Source: an uncultured Acetobacteraceae bacterium (GTDB taxonomy: Bacteria; Pseudomonadota; Alphaproteobacteria; Acetobacterales; Acetobacteraceae). From it: a stretch of DNA of 64,000 nucleotides. This document shows positions 39,898 through 49,151 of this stretch, in pieces. The stretch covers positions 24,735 through 88,734 of the forward strand of contig CAXULX010000006.1 in assembly GCA_964252005.1 (NCBI GenBank). Reading direction: 5' to 3'. The notes beneath the pieces were generated by a model, which saw nothing but the letters and a program-made list of their open reading frames with translations, did not search any database and had not been told where the DNA came from. Position numbers and translations under genes: made by a program. The stretch's first letter is position 1; every line of letters begins with the position of its first letter.

Positions 39898-41184
39898 CTA
39901 GCCTTTCAGCCTCGCGGTATCGAGGCCCTTCCCCGTGCAGAACGGCGCGCCGTCGGTCTCCCCGTAGGCCACGTAGGGCAGCGGCATGACCGGCGCCTTG
40001 TAGGCGTCGATGATCTTGCCCTGCCCGTCCGGCTGCCACTGCGCGATGCGCGGCGTGAGCCAGGTGTGCAGGTTCTGCGGCTCGATCTTCACCATCCCGC
40101 CGGGTGCGGCGAATTCCTGGCCCGCCAGCGCGTTGCGGATCGGGATGGGCGCGGCCTCCTTGGCCTTCGCCACCGCCTGCGCCCACAGGTGCACCTGGAA
40201 GTAGGAGGATTCGAGCGCATGGTGCGTCACCGCCTTCGGGTTCTTCACGAACGCCCGGTAACGCTCGACGAACGCCTTGTTGGCGTCGGTGTCGATGGCC
40301 ATGAAATATGGGAAGGAGGTGAAGCTGCCCGCCGCGTATTCCGGCCCCATCGCGGCGATCTCGATCTCCGACGTCACGGTGGCGCAGATCGGCAGCTTGT
40401 CCTGGGTCAGGCCCTGGTTCTTGAACTCGCGGTAGAAGGCCACGACGCTGTCGCCCACGACGTTCGACAGCACGACGTCGGCGCCGGAGTTCTTGATCTT
40501 GTTGACCATGGACCCCCACTCGGAGTCACCGAGTTCCAAGTATTCGTCGGCGACCCATTGGCCGCCGTTCTTCTCGATCAGGATCTTGCTGACCTTGGCC
40601 ATCTCGCGCGGGTAGATGTAGTTCGAGCCCACGATGAAGAACTTCTTCTTGCCGAGCGTCTTGGTGATCCAGGGGATGAAATTCGACAGCTGCTGGTTCG
40701 GCACGGCGCCGGTGTAGGCGACGTTCTTCGAACACTCGAACCCCTCGTAGTAGGTGGGATACAGCAGCAGGCTCTGCCGCCGTTCGAACACCGGCAGCAC
40801 CGCCTTGCGGCTCGCCGAGGTGTAGCAGGCGAACACGGACGGCACCTTGTCCTGGATGACGAGCTTCGACGCCTTCTCGTTGAAGGTCTTCGGGTCGGAC
40901 GCGCCGTCCTCCACCACGGCCTGCACCGGGCGGCCCAGCACGCCGCCCTTGGCGTTGATCTCGGAGATCGCCATCAGCGTCACGTCGTTCAGCGACTTCT
41001 CGACAATCGACAGGCCGCCGGTCTGCGAGAACAGCACGCCCACCTTGATCGCATCGGCCGCGCGCGCCGCGCGGTGGAAGAAGTACGGCGCCGCGAGCGC
41101 CCCGGCCGCGCCGAGCAGGGCCGCGCGTCGTGTCGTCGCGCTCATCTTGTCGATGGGCATCTTGTCGATGGGCGTCGTGTCCAT
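39898..41184 (-). CDS. UrtA/FmdD-like amide/urea ABC substrate-binding protein, Tat signal
   Basis: TRRAALLG; EDGASD, CYTSASRKAVLP, YEGFE, GAVPNQQ, GSNYIYP; AGGAGG RBS. Confidence 0.92.
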   Translation of the reverse strand: MDTTPIDKMPIDKMSATTRRAALLGAAGALAAPYFFHRAARAADAIKVGVLFSQTGGLSIVEKSLNDVTLMAISEINAKGGVLGRPVQAVVEDGASDPKTFNEKASKLVIQDKVPSVFACYTSASRKAVLPVFERRQSLLLYPTYYEGFECSKNVAYTGAVPNQQLSNFIPWITKTLGKKKFFIVGSNYIYPREMAKVSKILIEKNGGQWVADEYLELGDSEWGSMVNKIKNSGADVVLSNVVGDSVVAFYREFKNQGLTQDKLPICATVTSEIEIAAMGPEYAAGSFTSFPYFMAIDTDANKAFVERYRAFVKNPKAVTHHALESSYFQVHLWAQAVAKAKEAAPIPIRNALAGQEFAAPGGMVKIEPQNLHTWLTPRIAQWQPDGQGKIIDAYKAPVMPLPYVAYGETDGAPFCTGKGLDTARLKG

Positions 41185-41187
41185 GGG
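41143..41187 (-). repeat. 15-bp tandem repeat at start of the binding-protein gene
   Basis: catcttgtcgatggg x2 plus degenerate cgtcgtgtccatggg; encodes MDTT-PIDKM-PIDKM. Confidence 0.85.
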
Positions 41188-41725
41188 CGCGAAAGCCTCC
41201 TGATTGTGCCGAGACGCCGGACGGAATTGCCCAGCCGAGTGTAAGCCAAAGCTGCGGCCAAGACGAAGCCCGCATGCCTTCTGCGATGAGGAGTGCAGCA
41301 CGTATGGCCGTGCGCGGGCCGTTCCCGCCGTTCATCCCAGCTTAGTCGGCGTTCCCGCGGATGTTCAAGAGCTTGTTTGCGCCGATGATCGCGTCGTGAC
41401 GGACAGCCACGACCAAGTCAGACCAGTAGGATCGGGCAACGTCGGGGACCCTAGCTCTGGTGCGGCGCCCGGTTTGAAGCCAGTCCAGTCCTTGCAGCAG
41501 ACATTCGCGTTTCAACCTCAAACTGGTGCATCACCACCGTTCCAGGGCCGTTGACGTCTTGAGCATTTCCTTCGTAGCCTTGATGCAGGCAACGGCGTAA
41601 ACGTGATATCGGACAGTATCGCTGCTGTTTACGGCGTGAATCCGGAGACGCGCCCAAGTCAATGCTGGAGATGATTGAAATCCCAGAAAACGGTTGCAGC
41701 GTTGTTGCAACAAAGGAAGGTATCG

Positions 41726-41947
41726 ATGACAGTTGCAGGGACACATACGGTATTCGCGCCAGCAATCGAGCCGGTCGCGATCCCCATCCGCGAGATCCTG
41801 CCTTGGGCCATCTTTGGCGGCCTGCTTCTCACCCTGGCGATCTACTTCGTCGGCGCCGAGGAAGGCGCCACCTCGCTGGTCAACGGCATGTATGTGCATG
41901 AGTTCGTGCACGATGCCCGCCACCTCCTCGGCTTTCCCTGCCACTGA
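41726..41947 (+). CDS. cbtB: Cobalt transporter subunit CbtB
   Basis: One TM helix then VHEFVHDARHLLGFPCH signature. Confidence 0.93.
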   Translation: MTVAGTHTVFAPAIEPVAIPIREILPWAIFGGLLLTLAIYFVGAEEGATSLVNGMYVHEFVHDARHLLGFPCH

Positions 41948-41962
41948 GACGAGGGCAGCCGG

Positions 41963-42739
41963 GTGACGAGAGAGCTTCTGGTGCGCGGGATGCTGGTCGG
42001 TCTCGTCGCGGGGCTGCTGAGTTTTGGCGTTCTGAAGGTCTTTGGCGAGCCGCCGGTTGACCGTGCCATAGCCTTTGAACTCCAGATGGACGAAGCGAAG
42101 GCTCAGGCGGAGGCCGCCCAGGGCCATGTCATGGCCAAGCAAGAGCCTGAACCCGAGTTGGTGAGCAGGCCGGTCCAGGCTGGAATCGGGCTGTTCACCG
42201 GCGTCGCTGTCTACAGCGCGGCCTTCGGGGGGTTGTTCGCGCTGGCCTTTGCCTTCGCCTACGGACGCATGGGCCGATGCGGACCAAGAGCCACCTCGGC
42301 CCTGTTGGGCATTGCCGGCTTTGTGGCGGTCTATCTGGTCCCGAACCTCAAATACCCGGCCAACCCGCCTTCGGTCGGCGAAGCGGAGACCATCGGGATT
42401 CGCACCACCCTCTATTTCGCGATGATCGTCGTTTCGCTCGCTGCCATGCTCGGCTCGGTGCTGCTGCGCAGCCGGCTCGTCGCCCGCCGGGACGCCTGGA
42501 CCGCGTCCCTTATGGCCGGCGCGGCATATCTCGTCATCGTCATCGTGGCGGGCATGGGGCTTCCGTCTGTCAACGAGGTTCCCGACCAGTTCCCAGCCGT
42601 GGTGCTTTGGCAATTCAGGACCGCCTCCATCGGCGCGCAGCTGATACTCTGGATGACCCTTGGCCTGGGATTCGGCGCTGTGGCGGAACGCGCCATGGCC
42701 GGGCGGAGGCTGGCGGCCTACAAGGCGGCACCGTCGTAG
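41963..42739 (+). CDS. cbtA: Cobalt transporter subunit CbtA
   Basis: GEPPVDRAIAFE, ELVSRPVQ, LKYPANPPSVG, FPAVVLWQFR. Confidence 0.92.
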   Translation: MTRELLVRGMLVGLVAGLLSFGVLKVFGEPPVDRAIAFELQMDEAKAQAEAAQGHVMAKQEPEPELVSRPVQAGIGLFTGVAVYSAAFGGLFALAFAFAYGRMGRCGPRATSALLGIAGFVAVYLVPNLKYPANPPSVGEAETIGIRTTLYFAMIVVSLAAMLGSVLLRSRLVARRDAWTASLMAGAAYLVIVIVAGMGLPSVNEVPDQFPAVVLWQFRTASIGAQLILWMTLGLGFGAVAERAMAGRRLAAYKAAPS

Positions 42740-42800
42740 CCCAACCCGGCAGGGTCCGAACCGAAGCAGGGCCAAAGATGCGCGGCGGAGCCCACTCGCG

Positions 42801-43379
42801 ATGACCATCCGTCTCAAGCTGGTCTGCCACGCGCCGACATCCGCCATCCGGACATCGGCCTTTCCGGCGGATGAACCCTTGGATGCGCAGGGCCTGCAGA
42901 AACTGGCAGGCTTCTCGGCCCGCCTGGGTCACGTGGACCGATGTTGGACAAGCCCGGCGCTCCGGGCCGTTCAAACCGCGGCAGCCTTGCATTTCGATGC
43001 CGTCACCGAGCCGTTGCTGCGGGATTGCGACTACGGGACATGGACCGGCCGCACGCTCGAAGACGTGCAGGCGCACGAGCCTGACGCCGTTGTCGAGTGG
43101 CTGGGCGACCCGGAGGCGGCGCCGCATGGAGGCGAGTCGATGGCCGGTCTCCTCAAGCGGGCCGCAATGTGGCTCGATGCGCAAAGCGGGGCCGAGGGAA
43201 AGGTGGTGGCCGTCACCCATGCGGCGGTGATCCGCGCGGCCGTCCTCCACGCGATCAAGGCGACGCCGCCCTCCTTCTGGCGCATCGACGTCGCGCCGCT
43301 CTCCGTCACGACGCTCAGCGGACAGCATGGCCGCTGGACGCTCTCCTCCCTCGGCATAGTGCAGGCCGATGCAGGGTGA
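42801..43379 (+). CDS. Histidine phosphatase family protein (CobC/PGM-like)
   Basis: LVCHA (RHG variant), SPALRAVQTA, DCDYGTWTG, HGGES, AVTH. Confidence 0.88.
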   Translation: MTIRLKLVCHAPTSAIRTSAFPADEPLDAQGLQKLAGFSARLGHVDRCWTSPALRAVQTAAALHFDAVTEPLLRDCDYGTWTGRTLEDVQAHEPDAVVEWLGDPEAAPHGGESMAGLLKRAAMWLDAQSGAEGKVVAVTHAAVIRAAVLHAIKATPPSFWRIDVAPLSVTTLSGQHGRWTLSSLGIVQADAG

Positions 43380-43406
43380 CGGGGGATTGCAAGTGGGTGG
43401 TCCGGC

Positions 43407-44096
43407 ATGACCGACAAGGCAAGGCCGCGCCCCCTCCTTGGTCTCCGGCTGTGGGCCACGTTCGGCCTTTGCCTCGCATCGGCATCGCCCGGGTGGGCGC
43501 ATCATCGGGACACGCCGCATGTCGCGGCAACGGACGGGATCGTCATCCCCGATCTCCTGCACGGCCAAATGGCGGTCATCGCGGCCAACAGGGCGGCGAT
43601 CCTGGATCTCGCCGCACGGCAGACGCCGACCGACCGCGTCATGCGGCGGCTGGAAACCTTCATCAATCTCCAGTTCAGCGCCTGCCTGTGGGGGCTTGTG
43701 CCGGGCAGCCTGCGGGACGAGGACAGCCCGTTCAACGAATGCGCCCACGCCTATCTTGCGGCGACACGGGCCCTTCTGCTGCATCTCCAGGGAATGCCGG
43801 GTGATCGCGCCCCGGCCCGCGCGCTCATGGCGGCGGTGGAGCTGGACATGCTGAGAAGCCAAGCCGCCCTTGCGATGTGCCGCTACAGCGATGAGGCGTT
43901 CAACACGGCCGAGGTCATCCGTCCCGCCTGGAGGGACGTTCCGTTCCATCCCGCCAGCCTCATGAGCGTTCTGGGCCTGGCGCTTGCGGCCATCGGCTGC
44001 GGGTGGATGGCGGCCCGCTGGCGTTCGCCATCCCGGGACAGGTCCAGCATCGGACGGGAAGCGCCGGCCACCGCACTGGATCGTCAACAGGTCTGA
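43407..44096 (+). CDS. Hypothetical exported, C-terminally anchored protein
   Basis: Signal peptide ending GWA-HH; CLWGLVPGS, FNECAHAYL, MCRYS; C-terminal TM segment. Confidence 0.7.
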   Translation: MTDKARPRPLLGLRLWATFGLCLASASPGWAHHRDTPHVAATDGIVIPDLLHGQMAVIAANRAAILDLAARQTPTDRVMRRLETFINLQFSACLWGLVPGSLRDEDSPFNECAHAYLAATRALLLHLQGMPGDRAPARALMAAVELDMLRSQAALAMCRYSDEAFNTAEVIRPAWRDVPFHPASLMSVLGLALAAIGCGWMAARWRSPSRDRSSIGREAPATALDRQQV

Positions 44097-44263
44097 GGCG
44101 GCGCCTCGATCCGCTGCGAACGCCGCTGCCATGCCCCCGCTTGTTTTTCCTCCGTCTGGGGCTAGGCTGGACCACGGGCCACGCCGGAGGGCGATGGACC
44201 CGGACGTTCATCGCGTTCAGGCCGCGATGCGCCGGAACGTCGGACCCTGTTGGAAGCTGCGCC

Positions 44264-45142
44264 ATGTGTGGAATTATCGGCCTGTTCCTGAAGCGGCCGG
44301 GTCTGGAGCCCGAGCTTGGCGCGCACATGGCGGCGATGCTGGGCACCATGCGCGACCGCGGGCCGGACAGCGCCGGGTTCGCGGTGTACGGGCATGAGGC
44401 GCCCGGCGTGAAGCTCACCCTGCGCGGCCCCGCCGGCACCGACTTCGCGGCAATGGCGGCGGCGCTCGGCCTGGACGCGGAGGTGCGCGGCACCCACGCC
44501 GTGCTGCATGTGCCGGAGGCGCGCATGGCCGAAATCCGCGCCGCCCTGGCCCGGCTCGCGCCCGAGGCGGCCGTGGTCGGCGAGGGCCGCCGCATGGAGC
44601 TGTACAAGGAGGTCGGCCCGCCCGGCGAGGTCGCCGCCCGCTTCGGCCTGTCCGCCATGGCCGGCACGCACGGCATCGGCCACACCCGCATGGCGACCGA
44701 AAGCGCCGTCACCACGGAGGGCGCCCACCCCTACACGACCGGCCCCGACCAGTGCCTGGTGCACAACGGCAGCCTGTCGAACCACAACGCGCTGCGCCGG
44801 GCGCTGGTGCGCGAGGGGTTCCGCTTCGGGACCGAGAACGACACCGAGGTCGCCGCCGCCTATCTGTCCTGGCGGATGCGGGAGGGCGACAGCCTGGAGG
44901 CGGCGCTGCACGCGGGTCTGCGCGACCTCGACGGCTTCTACACCTTCGTCGTCGGCACCCGCACCGGCTTCGCGGTGCTGCGCGACCCGATCTGCTGCAA
45001 GCCCGCGGTGATGGCGGAGACCGACGACTGGGTCGCCTTTGGGAGCGAGTACCGCGCCCTGGTGGACCTGCCCGATATCGCCCATGCCCGCGTGTGGGAG
45101 CCTGAGCCGGCCCGCGTCTATGCCTGGGAGCGCGCCGCGTGA
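44264..45142 (+). CDS. mgsA: N-methylglutamate synthase subunit A (class II glutamine amidotransferase, GlxB-like)
   Basis: MCGIIG, RGPDSAG, GHTRMATES, HNGSLSNH, ENDTEV. Confidence 0.9.
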   Translation: MCGIIGLFLKRPGLEPELGAHMAAMLGTMRDRGPDSAGFAVYGHEAPGVKLTLRGPAGTDFAAMAAALGLDAEVRGTHAVLHVPEARMAEIRAALARLAPEAAVVGEGRRMELYKEVGPPGEVAARFGLSAMAGTHGIGHTRMATESAVTTEGAHPYTTGPDQCLVHNGSLSNHNALRRALVREGFRFGTENDTEVAAAYLSWRMREGDSLEAALHAGLRDLDGFYTFVVGTRTGFAVLRDPICCKPAVMAETDDWVAFGSEYRALVDLPDIAHARVWEPEPARVYAWERAA

Positions 45143-45831
45143 CGGAGGATGTCGTGGACCTGTCGCAGGTCACGGTCCGCAGCCTGAATGCGGCCCTGCA
45201 CGGGTTGGGACCCGACACCAACCGCACCCTGTGGCGCGTGCTGCATCCCCGCGGGCAGCACGCGCTGGCGGTCGGCGTCGATGCGCCGGTGCGGATCGAG
45301 ATCGCGGGCCATGCCGGCTACTACTGCGCCGGCATGAACCAGGGTGCCGCCGTGGTGATCGAGGGCAACGCCGGCAACGGGGTGGGCGAGAACATGATGT
45401 CCGGCCGGGTGCACGTGCGCGGCGACGCGAGCGCCGCGGCCGGCGCCACCGCGCATGGCGGCCTGCTGGTCATCGACGGCAACGCCGCCGCGCGCTGCGG
45501 CATCAGCATGAAGGGCGTCGATATCGTCGTCGGCGGCAATGTCGGCCACATGAGCGCCTTCATGGCGCAGGCCGGCACGCTGACGGTGCTGGGCGACGCG
45601 GGCGAGAGCCTGGGCGACAGCATCTACGAGGCGCAGCTTTTCGTGCGGGGCCGCGTGGCGAGCCTGGGCGCGGACTGCATCGAGAAGCCGATGCGCCCGC
45701 ACCACCACGCGGCGTTGCAGGCGCGGCTGGAGGCGGCCGGGTTCGCCGGTGTCGATGCCGGGTCGTTCCGCCGCTACGGCTCGGCCCGGCGGCTGTATCA
45801 TTTCCATGTGGACAATGCGGGGGAGTATTGA
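45139..45831 (+). CDS. mgsB: N-methylglutamate synthase subunit B (GXGXG, GlxC-like)
   Basis: GYYCAGMN, ENMMSG, RCGISMKG, YGSARRLYHF. Confidence 0.9.
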   Translation: MTEDVVDLSQVTVRSLNAALHGLGPDTNRTLWRVLHPRGQHALAVGVDAPVRIEIAGHAGYYCAGMNQGAAVVIEGNAGNGVGENMMSGRVHVRGDASAAAGATAHGGLLVIDGNAAARCGISMKGVDIVVGGNVGHMSAFMAQAGTLTVLGDAGESLGDSIYEAQLFVRGRVASLGADCIEKPMRPHHHAALQARLEAAGFAGVDAGSFRRYGSARRLYHFHVDNAGEY

Positions 45832-47144
45832 TGTCCGGCCCACGCCCGTTGCCGCGCGAAAGCGCCACCTTCGACGCCGCGACCTTGGCGGAAATCCGCC
45901 GGGCGGCTGCGACCGGCATCTACGACATCCGCGGCTATGGCGCGAAACGGGCGCTGCCGCACTTCGACGACCTGCTGTTCCTGGGCGCCAGCATGAGCCG
46001 CTACCCGCTCGAAGGCTACCGGGAACGCTGCGGCACCGACGTGGTGCTGGGCGCGCGGTTCGCGAGAACGCCGATCGAGTTGAAGATCCCCGTGACGATC
46101 GCCGGCATGAGCTTCGGCAGCCTGTCGGCGCAGGCGAAGGAGGCGCTGGGCCGCGGCGCCAGCATCGCCGGCACCAGCACGACGACGGGCGACGGCGGCA
46201 TGACGCAGGAGGAGCGCCAGCACTCCCGCAGGCTCGTCTATCAATACCTGCCCAGCCGCTACGGCATGAACCCCGACGACCTGCGCGCCGCCGACGCCAT
46301 CGAGGTCGTCGTCGGCCAGGGCGCCAAGCCCGGCGGCGGCGGCATGCTGCTGGGCCAGAAGGTCAACGAGCGCGTCGCCGCCATGCGGACCCTGCCGCCC
46401 GGCATCGACCAGCGCAGCGCGTCCCGCCACCCCGACTGGACCGGACCCGACGACCTGGAGATCAAGATCCTGGAACTGCGGGAGATCACCGACTGGCAGA
46501 AGCCGATCTACCTCAAGATCGGCGCGTCGCGCCCGTACTACGACACGGCGCTGGCGGCGAAGGCCGGGGCGGACGTGGTGGTGCTCGACGGCATGCAGGG
46601 CGGCACGGCGGCGACGCAGACGGTGTTCATCGAGAACGTCGGCCTGCCGATCCTCGCCGCGATCCGCCCGGCGGTGCAGGCGCTGCAGGACCTCGGCCTG
46701 CACCGCACGGTGCAGCTCGTCGTCTCCGGCGGCGTGCGCAACGGCGCGGACGTGGCCAAGGCGCTGGCGCTCGGCGCCGACGCGGTCAGCATCGGCACGG
46801 CGGCGCTGGCGGCACTCGGCGACAACGACCCGGCCTACGAGGCCGAGTACGCGGCGCTCGGCACCCGCGCCGGCGCCTACGACGCCTGGCACGAGGGGCT
46901 GGACCCCGCCGGCATCACCACGCAGGACACGGCGCTGGCCGCGCGGCTCGACCCGGTGCTGGGCGGGCGGCGGCTCGCCAACTACCTGGCCGTGCTGACG
47001 CTTGAGGCGCAGACCATCGCGCGCGCCTGCGGCAAGAGCCACGTGCGGAACCTGGAGCCGGAGGACCTCGTGGCGCTCACCGTCGAGGCCGCCGCCATGG
47101 CGCGCGTGCCCCTGGCCGGCACAAGCTGGATTCCCGGACAATGA
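45831..47144 (+). CDS. mgsC: N-methylglutamate synthase subunit C (FMN-binding, GlxD-like)
   Basis: SRYPLEGYRE, GMSFGSLS, GQGAKPGGGG, RHPDWTGPDDL, DGMQGGT. Confidence 0.92.
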   Translation: MSGPRPLPRESATFDAATLAEIRRAAATGIYDIRGYGAKRALPHFDDLLFLGASMSRYPLEGYRERCGTDVVLGARFARTPIELKIPVTIAGMSFGSLSAQAKEALGRGASIAGTSTTTGDGGMTQEERQHSRRLVYQYLPSRYGMNPDDLRAADAIEVVVGQGAKPGGGGMLLGQKVNERVAAMRTLPPGIDQRSASRHPDWTGPDDLEIKILELREITDWQKPIYLKIGASRPYYDTALAAKAGADVVVLDGMQGGTAATQTVFIENVGLPILAAIRPAVQALQDLGLHRTVQLVVSGGVRNGADVAKALALGADAVSIGTAALAALGDNDPAYEAEYAALGTRAGAYDAWHEGLDPAGITTQDTALAARLDPVLGGRRLANYLAVLTLEAQTIARACGKSHVRNLEPEDLVALTVEAAAMARVPLAGTSWIPGQ

Positions 47145-48448
47145 CCGCGGCCGCGGAGGCGCTTTCGGCCATCGCCCGGGTGCGGGGCATCCGCTACTTC
47201 CTGATCGCCTACACCGACCTGTTCGGCATCCTGCGCGCGAAGCTGGTGCCGGCCCGGGCCATCGACGCCATGGCGGAGGACGGGGCGGGCTTCGCCGGGT
47301 TCGCCACCTGGTTCGACATGACGCCGGCCGATCCGGACGTGCTGGCGGTGCCGGACCCGTCCAGCCTGATCCAACTGCCGTGGAAGCCGGAGGTCGGCTG
47401 GATGGCGGCGGACCCCTGGATGGCGGGCAAGCTGGTGGAGCAGGCACCTCGCAACGTGCTGCGCCGGGTGGCCGCGGCGGGCGAGGCGCAGGGGCTTGAG
47501 ATGCGCACCGGCGTGGAGCCGGAGTTCTTCCTGATCCAGCCCGACGGCGCGGCCATCGCCGACCCGGCCGACCGGCAGACCAAGCCCTGCTACGACCAGC
47601 TCACGCTGATGCGCCGCTACGACGTGATCGCGGAGATCGGCGACGCGATGGAGGCGCTGGGCTGGGAGCCGTACCAGAACGACCATGAGGACGCGAACGG
47701 CCAGTACGAGATGAACTGGGCCTATGCGCCCGCGCTGGTGACGGCGGACCGCCATGCGTTCTTCAAGTATATGGTCCGCAGCATCGCAGAGCGGCACGGG
47801 ATGCGCGCGACCTTCATGCCGAAGCCGTTCGCCGAGTTGACCGGCTCCGGCTGCCATGCCCACGTCTCGGTCTGGCGGGACGGGGCGAACGTGTTCGCGG
47901 GCGGCGACGCGCTCGGCTTGTCCGAACTGGCGCACCACTTCCTGGGCGGCGTGATGGCGCATGCGGAGGCGCTGTGCGCGCTCACCAACCCGGCGGTGAA
48001 CAGCTACAAGCGCATCAACGCGCCCGTCACGGCGTCCGGCGCCACGTGGTCGCCCAGCACGGTGAGCTGGGGCGGCAACAACCGCACGCACATGGTGCGG
48101 GTGCCGGGTCCCGGGCGCATCGAGTATCGGCTGGCCGACGGTGCGGCCAACCCGTACCTGCTGCAGGCGGGGCTGCTGGCCGCGGGCCTCGATGGGATCG
48201 CGCAGGCGCGGAACCCGGGGAGGCCGCTCGACCTCAACATGTACGCGGCCGGGCATGGGGTGGAGGGCGCACGGCGCCTGCCGCTGAACCTGCTGGACGC
48301 CACGCGCGCGTTCGAGGCGTGCGCGCCGCTGCGTGCCGCGCTGGGGGAGGCGTTCGCGGCGTCCTACGTCAAGCTGAAGCGGCAGGAATGGGACGGCTAC
48401 ATGCGGCATTTGACGCAATGGGAGCGCGACCAGACCCTGGATTGCTGA
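47141..48448 (+). CDS. gmaS: Gamma-glutamylmethylamide synthetase (GlnT-type glutamine synthetase family)
   Basis: RAKLVPA, GAGFAGFA, KPCYDQ, YQNDHEDANGQYEMN, NNRTHMVR; coupled to mgsC. Confidence 0.9.
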   Translation: MTAAAEALSAIARVRGIRYFLIAYTDLFGILRAKLVPARAIDAMAEDGAGFAGFATWFDMTPADPDVLAVPDPSSLIQLPWKPEVGWMAADPWMAGKLVEQAPRNVLRRVAAAGEAQGLEMRTGVEPEFFLIQPDGAAIADPADRQTKPCYDQLTLMRRYDVIAEIGDAMEALGWEPYQNDHEDANGQYEMNWAYAPALVTADRHAFFKYMVRSIAERHGMRATFMPKPFAELTGSGCHAHVSVWRDGANVFAGGDALGLSELAHHFLGGVMAHAEALCALTNPAVNSYKRINAPVTASGATWSPSTVSWGGNNRTHMVRVPGPGRIEYRLADGAANPYLLQAGLLAAGLDGIAQARNPGRPLDLNMYAAGHGVEGARRLPLNLLDATRAFEACAPLRAALGEAFAASYVKLKRQEWDGYMRHLTQWERDQTLDC

Positions 48449-48459
48449 GCGGGCCGCGA

Positions 48460-48475
48460 TGGCACACCGGTTGCT
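48460..48475 (+). promoter_or_regulatory. Sigma54 (-24/-12) promoter
   Basis: TGGCAC-ACCGG-TTGCT matches TGGCAC-N5-TTGCW exactly, 33 bp before the hydrolase ATG. Confidence 0.75.
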
Positions 48476-48508
48476 AGAACCGCGTTGCGTCGCATGGAGG
48501 GGATCGGA

Positions 48509-49138
48509 ATGGACGAGTACGGCCAGCGCGGCTACGGCGGCACGCCGGTGGGCTTCGGGGCGCGCGTCGGCATCGCCGTCGTCGATTTCCAACTCGGCTT
48601 CACCGACCCGCGCTTCCCGCTCGGCGGCGCGGCGCTCACCGAGCGCGCGGTGGTGAACACCGCGACGCTGCTGCGCGCGGCCCGCGCCGCCCGGCTGCCG
48701 GTGGTGAGCTGCTACACCGCCTATCGCGGCGCCGGGGACGCCCCGCACTGGAAGGTGCCGCCCGTCACCGAGACGCTGCGGCATGGCACCGAGCCGGTCC
48801 AGCTTGACCCCCGCATCCACGACCCGGCCTACGACATCGTGCTGTGCAAGGCCGCGCCGTCGATCTTCTTCCACACCGCCGCCGCGCCGATCTTCGTGCG
48901 GCAGGGCGTCGATACCGTCATCGTCACCGGCTGCACCACCTCCGGCTGCGTGCGCGCCAGCGTGATCGACGCCTTCAGCTACGGCTTCCGCGTCATCGTG
49001 CCGGAGGATTGCGTGGGCGACGTGGAGGACGGGCCGCATCTGTCGAACCTGCGCGACGTGGGCCGGCGCTACGCCGACGTCGTGACGCTCGACGCCTGCC
49101 TCGCCCACATCGCGGGCCTGCCGCGCCGCAACGCCTGA
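48509..49138 (+). CDS. Isochorismatase-family cysteine hydrolase (N-carbamoylsarcosine/maleamate amidohydrolase-like)
   Basis: VVDFQ, KAAPSIFF, GCTTSGCVRAS (D-K-C triad). Confidence 0.9.
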   Translation: MDEYGQRGYGGTPVGFGARVGIAVVDFQLGFTDPRFPLGGAALTERAVVNTATLLRAARAARLPVVSCYTAYRGAGDAPHWKVPPVTETLRHGTEPVQLDPRIHDPAYDIVLCKAAPSIFFHTAAAPIFVRQGVDTVIVTGCTTSGCVRASVIDAFSYGFRVIVPEDCVGDVEDGPHLSNLRDVGRRYADVVTLDACLAHIAGLPRRNA

Positions 49139-49151
49139 CGGGGGACGCGCC

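Noticed and set aside
44264-48448. Ordinary glutamate synthase plus glutamine synthetase
   Set aside because: Split three-gene architecture and GlnT-type motifs match the N-methylglutamate pathway.
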